From assembly GCA_030141605.1 (NCBI GenBank), contig JAQGDQ010001872.1, positions 1-22,780 of the forward strand: 22,780 nt of DNA. The letters are read 5' to 3'. The notes under the pieces were generated by a model, which saw nothing but the letters and a program-made list of their open reading frames with translations, searched no databases and had not been told where the DNA came from. How positions within the stretch are numbered: the stretch's first letter is position 1; each line of letters starts with the position of its first letter. The position numbers were made by a program, and so were the translations under genes. This document shows positions 1 to 9,400 of this stretch, in pieces. Origin of the DNA: Tubiluchus corallicola. Its lineage: Eukaryota; Animalia; Priapulida.

Positions 1-314
1 CTAAACTAGGTCTATCTTTCGTTATTAGTTAGTTAACTAAGTGGTGTTACACTGTATTTCTAGCTACGAAAAAAATTGTTAACTTTTAATCTAAACCTTG
101 ATATTTTATCAAGTTAAGTAAACAAAACTAATCCGAACAGAATGCATTTATTAAACAGTAAAATTCATTAATCAATCATTGTGTAAGCGTAACATTTGTC
201 AAGTCAATAAATTGAGAATACTCATTTAATAGCGTTTAGCCAATAACCAAAACAGTTTGAATGGTATTTCAAAATTCATTTTCATGATTTCAAAATAAAG
301 ATACTTGACCTTAC

Positions 315-413
315 CATGCTGCTGTAGACATAGCTGGCATACAGTTCCAAATTTATTTGCTTGTTGACTGAAGCTTCAGTTTCCTGATGATAATTCTGAC
401 GTATCTCAGACAT
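315..413 (-). CDS. FTH1: Ferritin paralog B coding exon 1 (gene continues beyond the left edge of the window)
   Basis: ATG at 413-411; [33 protein letters not shown], 99 nt like exon 1 of gene A; donor GTAAGG at 314; 23/33 aa identical to gene A; own IRE and TATA box upstream. Confidence 0.95.
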
Positions 414-486
414 GGTTTCTTTTCTAATGTTTCAATCTTCACAAAGTATAAAAATTAGTAAAAAACTGAGGTAGAAAGTCAAGAAT

Positions 487-518
487 TTGTTCGTTCACAC
501 ACTGATGAAGCGAAACAA
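487..518 (-). promoter_or_regulatory. Iron-responsive element (IRE), 5' UTR of ferritin B
   Basis: UUGUUU-CGC-UUCAU-CAGUGU-GUGAA-C-GAACAA; 29/30 identical to the IRE of gene A. Confidence 0.95.
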
Positions 519-570
519 GAACCTTGACTATATTCAGTTAAAACTGCTACGTAAAAACTGCGCAATTCGC

Positions 571-579
571 TTATATATA
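571..579 (-). promoter_or_regulatory. TATA box of ferritin B
   Basis: TATATATAA on the minus strand, ~53 nt upstream of the IRE; same geometry as gene A. Confidence 0.78.
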
Positions 580-1035
580 CACATGGAAGACCTTTGGTGT
601 TCGGAAAAGAAGAAACAAAATATGCTAATATAATTTGGAAATTATTGATGATCGACAACGCTAAGCACAACTTATCCCGGAAGACGGTTAATGCATTCAA
701 GGAAAATAAAAACGCAAACTTTGGACCATAGCCAACTAGTCAGTCACACACTGCCCGAAGCACGCTGAGAATGGATTATTTTCCGTTGATAGGCTTCATA
801 CTAGAGTTTAATAAGTTGACCGGAACTTTTTTTATTAATTCCATTTGTTTCTTTTTTATTTTAGATGATTTTTCACTTGAAAAATCAAATTAAATCACGT
901 CGGATCAAAATGTTTTTGTTATGATACTGGTATTGCTATGCGCATCGTTGGAGTAAGAAAATAAAGCAATGAGAAACATGAATCACTGAAAACAAAGTCT
1001 TTATGGCAATATTTATAAATCCTTTTTGCAAACGG

Positions 1036-1212
<177 letters not shown>

Positions 1213-2982
1213 TTTTTATTCGTATAATATTAGTTATGCAGTAATACATACATGGTAGTTAACAAATCACAAAAATGGTTAATTGGTTAGTGATTACAAT
1301 ATTTACAATGTTTTTTGTTCATACATGATTTATAATTTCTGTTAGTTCATAATGAGACAGTAGAAGATAGCATAACTTATCTAAATAATTCAAAATTTCA
1401 AATGTTACATACACATATGCCATGTCTTGTTCACTTGATCAATTTACAATAAGCTTTTTATAAACAATTGATTTTGCCTCTACACAGTTATTGTTTAAAT
1501 CTCCTTCCTTACAACTATATCCATAATTTAGAAAACGCAAGTTTCGTTCAATAACAGTTGCAACAGACATTTACGAATTCTTAAAAACATGCATGAAACT
1601 AATAGCTTGCTATTACTACGAAGTCTAGCATAAAATTTTATAAATTTGCTAATGACCTACATTTTTGTAGATTTTAAGGTACTAATTGCTGTTAATACTC
1701 GAGTGTGTGATTGTGGATTGTATTTTTTTCAGTTAGGTTTATTCCTCAATAAACAAATACTTATGCATTACAGGTACTTGGCAGCTTGATAACAGTATTC
1801 TTATAGCAATACAGCAGGCTGTGCCTAAAGTGCTCAATGCAGATGCTGCTTAGTGATGAGCCATAAAATGAGACATGGTGCACTTGTAACAATCTTATTT
1901 GCAGATTTCTGTTCAGTGAGATTGCGAAAATCGCCTATAAGTCTGTTTGCTTGACCAATGACTGACCTTCTTTGACATTATCGGCTTCACAAGGCAAAAG
2001 ATTTTCGCTAATGTGGCCTAGATGAGACAGGTTAGAGCTAGTCTGAATAGTTTCGACTGGATTGTACTTGGCTTCTATCAAGCTAAGAGTGAAGTGAACT
2101 GGGCTGAATTGATATTCGGAACTTATAGATAAAGTGAAGTGTGATATGTGAGGTAAGATAATATAACAAGGTGTACGAGATTAAGTAGCTGTTCAGGACT
2201 ACACGCAAATGTGCTGTATGCAGTATCAGAAATGAAATCATGCGAAGAGGTAAAGTCAAGTCAGTTTTGTTTAGTGGAGCAGTTGATCGATTTTCTGCGA
2301 AATAACATTTCTCAGTTTTCATCACTCATCGATTCGCATTTTAAGCAGTAATTACTGTAAGTGCTTAAATTACTCTCTCACCGATTCCCAACCTTAAAGA
2401 AAGACCAGACGATTGTTTAGACTCAATCTCATTTTAATTTACTGCCCAAAATATACATTTTCTTGCCTATAAAAGTTAACAATTGTTTCTTATATTTGAA
2501 TAATTAGCTATGAAAGTTAATTAATGGCAACTGAACTCAGCTATTGCTTGCGTCAGAAACTAACCACAGTTTCTGCAATGGTAAGCTTCTTCCCTTTCAC
2601 ATCAAGCACATTTGCCTAAGTGTTACAGTAGTGCTTAAACGCATGATGCCATGAAAAATGGACTTTACCTCATGTGACGCCAGAAACTAGCACTGCAGAT
2701 CATGATCATGCTATCGCGGTGCCGCCTCCTATTTGTCGGCCATGCGCATGTGACAAAAAGGCGCCATTGCCAATCTTAAGTAGATTCACTGAGTCGTGCG
2801 TAGCTTTGAAAGTTTAACGAAATTTGAATATCCTAGGTAATTGTTACATAATCTAAGCTTTGATTTTAAAAAAAACTTTTGTTTTCTTTATTCTGAACTA
2901 ATGTTTACACAATCATCCGGTTTTCCTTTAACCAAAATAAAACTTGACAAACGTTTATAAGACGTCACTCAGGTTTAATAAG

Positions 2983-2988
2983 TTTATT
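2983..2988 (-). terminator. Candidate polyadenylation signal of ferritin A
   Basis: AATAAA ~95 nt downstream of the stop codon; a second AATAAA at 2887-2892. Confidence 0.55.
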
Positions 2989-3083
2989 CAAACATTACTA
3001 AAATGAATCATTACTATGATTACGAATTCCAGTGTGAATAAAATTCCTGAAACTTCAACAAGGAATGATTAAATTTTCTCATT

Positions 3084-3224
3084 CTACGAGCTCATGTCTT
3101 CTTTGTCGAACACATACTCCCCGATCCCAGTGCCACAGCGCTTCAACTTGGTGATCTTGTCACCCAAATTCTTGATTGCCTCCACTTGCTCACCCAAGAA
3201 CTCTTTTTCAAGATAATCAGTTAG
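3084..3224 (-). CDS. Ferritin gene A exon 4 (terminal coding exon)
   Basis: Acceptor TTTTCAG; [18 protein letters not shown]...GIGEYVFDK; stop TAG at 3086-3084. Confidence 0.97.
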   Translation of the reverse strand, partial: LTDYLEKEFLGEQVEAIKNLGDKITKLKRCGTGIGEYVFDKEDMSS

Positions 3225-3575
3225 CTGAAAATATGGTGCAATAAACTTTAGAATTGTTTCCTAGATCAAGCGGACTACAAAAATTAAACGGATAAAAAAA
3301 TTTGAAAAAAAGCAAATATCTATGGCGCATTGAATATCGCACGGGAAGAAAGGGCACAAATGGAAAAATAGAAAAATGGCACCCCAATTTAAAATAATTT
3401 CCCGTACCCTAATCTCACCCTTAAACATTTAAACCTAGTTTAACTGTTGTTGCTGTTGTTGTTGTTGTTGTTCTTGTGGTTGTTGTTGTTGTTGTGGTTG
3501 TTGTTGTTGTTGTAGTTGTTGTTGTTGTTGTGTTGTTGTTGTTGTTGTTGTTGCTGTTGTTGTTGCTGTTGTTGC

Positions 3576-3639
<64 letters not shown>

Positions 3640-6018
3640 GCTGTCGCTAGAATTCTGCCTACTAGGTGTCTGTAATAGGCGTATATATGCTTGAGGAAAA
3701 CGATTGGCTTATTAATATAACATTGTGCTTTTAGATCTTGAAGGGAAATTTAGGTACACGTTACTCTGTTAATATACGAAATTTAGAAAAGCTACATTTT
3801 TCCACACTATAATAATTTTACTATATCTGACGATCACTCCATGTATAAACAGTTTTTGACTTACGTGAGCGTCGCCATGACTGTCCGCAAGTTTATGCAG
3901 ATTAAGGAGCGCCTGATTCATATCCCTTTCCAATTTCAACGCAACTTGCAGTGCATCTAGTGGCGTGCCCCATTCGTCTTTCTCTGGTTTCTGTAACGGA
4001 GACAACAAGGGAGACAACTTTGTAAAACCAAGCGTGCAACTGGATCCTAAACTTTTTTAGATCACCAAATCATTCAAAATTGTAACGTGAGCACTGGGGG
4101 TGAGCATCGGACGTTCGAACGAGTTTTTTAGTTCGAACTCGATTCGAATCCAAAACTATAGATTCGAATAATTCAGCGCTTCAATCACACATGTTCTTTA
4201 TCACTAAAACGATTGAAACATCATGCAATTAGCACAATTTAGCTGTGATTTCTGCGCACAATTTTAAAGAAATTACTAGTCGTTTTATTGCAGAACAAAA
4301 TTTATTGACTAATTTTTGCTGGTAGTTCGAAATCTTGGTCGATTAGAATTCGAAAGTCACAAATTCGGTTCGATTCGAATTCGCTTTCTGGTAGAGAATG
4401 CTCACCCCTAGTGAACACGCAAAAATACCGAATATATTATTACGTACAGTATTACTGCAGTATTACACTTAAAATACTTGATGACAGTTGACTGTTCAAG
4501 ACTTGTTTTCATGTTAACTTTCTGTGTAAATATGGCTTCATAAATTTTATGGCATCGTGCAAATTTGAAAAAAAAACGCAATGAATATGTTACAGTAGTT
4601 CACCAAGAATTATAAATTATTTGGTTGACAGTATTTTCGCGTACTAAAACAACAGAGCTACGTAAATTTCTTTCAGATGAAGTTATATGGGCCTAGCTTC
4701 GCAACTGTAGCTCAGGGACGAATTTTGTAGCACAAAAAATCATAACAAAACTTTTAGCTTTGTACGGTTATAAATTTGTACACGGTTTGTTTAAAGCAGT
4801 AAAATGCAAATACTTTTGTGCAATGCTTTTGTCACCTTGGGCAGCTTAAGACTAAACAAAAGACGTTGACTCAGGGTAAATTTACTGAAAGTAGCAATGA
4901 ACAAAGATGGATGATCCACTGTGTGTATTTTTATGTTGAAGGACAAGAAAAGGGGCACCTGAAGTAGGTTTCAGAAAGTATACTACTGATCTATAGCAAT
5001 TTTATGCCTATATCGTACTCGCGTTAAAAGGATTTTTTGTTTATTTTCATTTTAAATCTCTCTCAATACTGTTCCGACGGTGCCATTACATGACGTCATA
5101 CATGCACAACATAAGTCAGGGGAAGAAAAGGAAGTGTTAAAGTTGTTGAAAGTTTATGTATGTCTATTGTAAGTACGCCAAGCGTAAGTTTATTGAAAGT
5201 AGCAATGAACCAAGATGGATGATCCACTGTGTGTATTTTTATGTTAAAGGACAAGAAAAGGGGTACCTGAAGTGGGTTTCAGAAAAATCGCCTTAAAAAA
5301 TTATATTAATTTATAGCAATTTTATGCGTATATCGTACCTGCATTGAATGGATTTTTTCATTTTAAATTTCCCGCGACACCGTACCAGGTCCTGTACGCA
5401 AAAAGGCAGTGTGTAAGTGGTATAAAATTTCAAAACGAATTTTGTAAGCTTTGTGTAAGTGGAGGGTTTTCTTCTGCTTTAGAGCTTGTATCGCAAACAC
5501 AAGAACAAGAGTTTTAATTGTACAATTATTAGAAAAACGTGAATCGCGTCACCTGAATGCTTTGAAGAATAACTCTTCCGCCACGTTGGTTCTGATATTT
5601 CATCAGCTTCTCTGCGTGCTCTCTCTCTTCATCAGCGGCCTTGCAGAAAAACTCGTGGAATCCTGGGAAAGCGACGTCATCCCGGGCAAAATAGAAGGCC
5701 TTTAAAAAGAATTTATTATTTTTATGTTAGTGGAATTTTAATTTTGTTGCCTTTCCTTCATTTTACAGCATTATATAAAATTACAATTACACATAAGAGT
5801 CTTATAAAAAGATTTAAGATGAGCTATAAGATAAGATATAAATTCTTATAAAATTATTATGTAATTATGAATCACGAATTTTTTGGTACAATTCACACTG
5901 AACCAAACTGTGAACTCACCACGCTCTGATAGACGTAGCTGCAGTACAACTCAAACTTAATTTGCTTGTTAATCAAAGCTTCAACCTCTTGGTGGAAATT
6001 TTGACGTATTTGAGACAT
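3084..6018 (-). CDS. FTH1: Ferritin, heavy-chain (H/ferroxidase)-like, complete 4-exon gene A; join(complement 5920..6018, 5553..5699, 3865..3990, 3084..3224), 170 aa
   Basis: Manual splicing gives [170 protein letters not shown]. All three introns are GT-AG, phase 0, at the conserved animal ferritin positions (internal exons 147 and 126 nt). Ferroxidase residues E23,Y30,E57,E58,H61,E103,Q137 correspond to human H E27,Y34,E61,E62,H65,E107,Q141. No signal peptide. The symbol denotes family similarity, not proven orthology. Confidence 0.97.
3444..3643. repeat. (GTT)n microsatellite with GCT interruptions, in ferritin A intron 3
   Basis: Direct reading. Confidence 0.97.
3865..3990 (-). CDS. Ferritin gene A exon 3 (126 nt)
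   Basis: Acceptor TTACAG, donor GTAAGT; KPEKDEWG...[13 protein letters not shown]; lies inside supplied ORF 3769..4017. Confidence 0.97.
4095..4410. mobile_element. hAT-type MITE (316 bp) in ferritin A intron 2
   Basis: TIRs TGGGGGTGAGCAT (4095-4107) / ATGCTCACCCCTA (4398-4410), 12/13 match; 8-bp TSD GTGAGCAC (4087-4094) / GTGAACAC (4411-4418); subterminal TTCGAA repeats at both ends. Confidence 0.85.
4876..5380 (+). repeat. Local diverged duplication (offset ~308 bp) in intron 2, carrying two copies of a Kolobok-like transposon end
   Basis: ...GAAAGTAGCAATGAAC.AAGATGGATGATCCACTGTGTGTATTTTTATGTT.AAGGACAAGAAAAGGG... starts at ~4876 and again at ~5184; the part from AGGACAAG onward also occurs at 18739. 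Confidence 0.85.
5553..5699 (-). CDS. Ferritin gene A exon 2 (147 nt)
   Basis: Acceptor TTTTTAAAG, donor GTGACG; contains RDDVA and [19 protein letters not shown] ferritin signature. Confidence 0.97.
5920..6018 (-). CDS. Ferritin gene A coding exon 1 (33 codons)
   Basis: ATG at 6018-6016; [33 protein letters not shown]; donor GTGAGT at 5919. Confidence 0.96.
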
Positions 6019-6101
6019 CGTAGCCGTGTTTATTATCTTTGCAAATTTGTCGAAAATTTTGTTTCTTCACAATGTTATGAGATTTTTTGTCGTCAAGAAA
6101 A

Positions 6102-6131
6102 TGTTCGTTCACACACTGATGAAGCAAAACA
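6102..6131 (-). promoter_or_regulatory. Iron-responsive element (IRE), 5' UTR of ferritin A
   Basis: UGUUU-UGC-UUCAU-CAGUGU-GUGAA-C-GAACA: CAGUGN loop, 5-bp upper stem, ferritin-type UGC/C internal loop, 5-bp lower stem; ~48 nt downstream of the TATA box. Confidence 0.96.
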
Positions 6132-6178
6132 GTATCCTGACAGCAGTTGTATGTATGAGGACCAAGTTACAAGGGCTC

Positions 6179-6186
6179 TTTATATA
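6179..6186 (-). promoter_or_regulatory. TATA box of ferritin A
   Basis: TATATAAA(G) on the minus strand at a spacing that places the IRE near the cap. Confidence 0.8.
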
Positions 6187-6195
6187 TGTGCTAGC

Positions 6196-6347
6196 TGACG
6201 TTGCTGGAAGGGACAGAAACCTTGAATAAAAGTGCAGTCTCATTATTTGATAATAAACAATAAGTATTTACATCGGAATGAACTCGCTGGACTGACCTTA
6301 TCAAGTCCACCTTATGCCATTATTTGCACGCATATCTTGCAAAGTCA
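6196..6347. promoter_or_regulatory. Proximal promoter motifs of ferritin A: ARE-like sites and an MRE core
   Basis: TGACGTTGC (+, 6196-6204) and TGACTTTGCA (-, 6347-6338) match TGACnnnGC; TGCACGC (6325-6331) matches the MRE consensus TGCRCNC. Motif match only. Confidence 0.4.
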
Positions 6348-6413
6348 GCTATTCTCAGCGAGAATTAAATTGGGTTTTTGCAGAAATGCAGAAAAATAAT
6401 ACAATTATTACGT

Positions 6414-9400
6414 ACAAGTACAGTAGAATTAACCGTAACTTGTGACAAGACAATATGTCGCAACAAGTACAGTAGAATTAACCGCAACTTGTGACCAGAC
6501 GATATGTCGCAACAAATACAGTAGAATTAACCGTAACTTGTGACAAGACGATATGTCGCAACAAGTACAGTAAAATTAACCGTAACTTGTGACAAGACAA
6601 TATGTCGCAACAAGTACAGTAGAATTAACCGTAACTTGTGACCAGACGATATGTAGCAACAAGTACAGTAGAATTAACCGTAACTTGTGACAGGACGATA
6701 TGTCGCAACAAGTACAGTAGAATTAACCGTAACTTGTGACCAGACGATATGTCGCAACAAGTACAGTAGAATTAACCGCAACTTGTGACAAGACGATATG
6801 TCGCAACAAATACAGTAGAATTAACCGCAACTTGTGACCAGACGATATGTCGCAACAAGTACAGTAGAATTAACCGTAACTTGTGACAGGACGATATGTC
6901 GCAACAAGTACAGTAGAATTAACCGTAACTTGTGACCAGACGATATGTCGCAACAAGTACAGTAGAATTAACCGTAACTTGTGACAAGACGATATGTCGC
7001 AACAAGTACAGTAGAATTAACCGCAACTTGTGACCAGACGATATGTCAGCGACAAGTACAGTAGAATTAACCGCAACTTGTGACCAGACGATATGTCGCA
7101 ACAAGTACAGTAGAATTAACCGTAACTTGTGACAGGACGATATGTCGCAACAAGAACAGTAGAATTAACCATAACTTGTGACAAGACGATATGTCGCAAC
7201 AAGTACAGTAGAATTAACCGTAACTTGTGACAAGACGATATGTCGCAACAAGTACAGTAGAATTAACCGTAACTTGTGACAAGACGATATGTCGCAACAA
7301 GTACAGTGGAATTAACCGCAACTTGTGACCAGACGATATGTCGCAACAAGTACAGTAGAATTAACCGTAACTTGTGACAGGACGATATGTCGCAACAAGT
7401 ACAGTAGAATTAACCGTAACTTGTGACCAGACGATATGTCGCAACAAGTACAGTAGAATTAACCGTAACTTGTGACAAGACGATATGTCGCAACAAGTAC
7501 AGTAGAATTAACCGCAACTTGTGACCAGACGATATGTCGCGACAAGTACAGTAGAATTAACCGCAACTTGTGACCAGACGATATGTCGCAACAAGTACAG
7601 TAGAATTAACCGTAACTTGTGACAGGACGATATGTCGCAACAAGTACAGTAGAATTAACCGTAACTTGTGACAAGACGATATGTCGCGACAAGTACAGTA
7701 GAATTAACCGTAACTTGTGACAGGACGATATGTCGCAACAAGTACAGTAGAATTAACCGCAACTTGTGACCAGACGATATGTCGCGACATGTACAGTAGA
7801 ATTAAAAGCAACTTGTGACAAGACGATATTTCGCGACAAGTACAATAGAATTAACCGTAACTTGTGACAAGACAATATGTCGCAACAAGTACAGTAGAAT
7901 TAACCGTAACTTGTGACCAGACGATATGTCGCGACATGTACAGTAGAATTAACCGCAACTTGTGACAAGACGATATTTCGCGACAAGTACAGTAGAATTA
8001 ACCGCAACTTGTGACAGGACGATATGTCGCAACAAGTACAGTAGAATTAACCGTAACTTGTGACAAGACGATATGTCGCAACAAGTACAGTAGAATTAAC
8101 CGCAACTTGTGACCAGACGATATGTCGCAACAAGTACAGTAGAATTAACCGTAACTTGCGACAGGACGATATGTCGCAACAAGTACAGTAGAATTAACCG
8201 TAACTTGTGACCAGACGATATGTCGCAACAAGTACAGTAGAATTAACCGTAACTTGTGACAAGATGATATGTCGCAACAAGTACAGTAGAATTAACCGCA
8301 ACTTGTGACCAGACGATATGTCGCGACAAGTACAGTAGAATTAACCGCAACTTGTGACCAGACGATATGTCGCAACAAGTACAGTAGAATTAACCGCAAC
8401 TTGTGACCAGACGATATGTCGCAACAAGTACAGTAGAATTAAACGTAACTTGTGACAGGACGATATGTCGCAACAAGTACAGTAGAATTAACCGCAACTT
8501 GTGACCAGACGATATGTCGCAACAAGTACAGTAGAATTAACCGTAACTTGTGACAGGACGATATGTCGCAACAAGTACAGTAGAATTAACCGTAACTTGT
8601 GACAAGACGATATGTCGCGACAAGTACAGTAGAATTAACAGCAACTTGTGACCAGACGATATTTCGCAACAAGTACAGTAGAATTAACCGTAACTTGTGA
8701 CAAGACGATATGTCGTGACAAGTACAGTAGAATTAACCGTAACTTGTGACAGGACGATATGTCGCAACAAGTACAGTAGAATTAACCGTAACTTGTGACA
8801 AGACGATATGTCGCGACAAGTACAGTAGAATTAACAGCAACTTGTGACCAGACGATATTTCGCAACAAGTACAGTAGAATTAACCGTAACTTGTGACAAG
8901 ACGATATGTCGCGACAAGTACAGTAGAATTAACCGTAACTTGTGACAGGACGATATGTCGCAACAAGTACAGTAGAATTAACCATAACTTGTGACAAGAC
9001 GATATGTCGCGACAAGTACAGTAGAATTAACCGCAACTTGTGACCAGACGATATGTCGCAACAAGTACAGTAGAATTAACCGTAACTTGTGACAAGACGA
9101 TATGTCGCGACAAGTACAGTAGAATTAACCGCAACTTGTGACCAGACGATATGTCGCAACAAGTACAGTAGAATTAACCGTAACTTGTGACCAGACGATA
9201 TGTCGCGACAAGTACAGTAGAATTAACCACAACTTGTGACCAGACGATATGTCACGACAAGTACAGTAGAATTAACCGTAACATGGGACAAGACGATATG
9301 TCGCGACAAGTACAGTAGAATTAACCGCAACTTGTGACCAGACGATATGTCGCAACAAGTACAGTAGAATTAACCGTAACTTGTGACAAGACGATATGTC

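Noticed and set aside
496-532. Plus-strand CTGATGA-AGC-GAAA hammerhead-like core with a CAAG/CTTG stem
   Set aside because: It is the antisense of the IRE; there is no stem II, the position needing U (16.1) is A, and the paralogous site (6116-6130) lacks the G of GAAA
744-756. Extra CAGTGT motifs (minus strand here and at ~5895-5900; plus strand at ~3030) as additional IREs
   Set aside because: No 5-bp upper stem with bulged C; located upstream of the TATA box, in an intron, or on the non-transcribed strand
5451-6229. Plus-strand ORFs 5451..5705, 5962..6198, 6026..6229 and minus ORF 479..700
   Set aside because: Antisense shadows of ferritin exons or promoter/UTR sequence with no recognisable protein features
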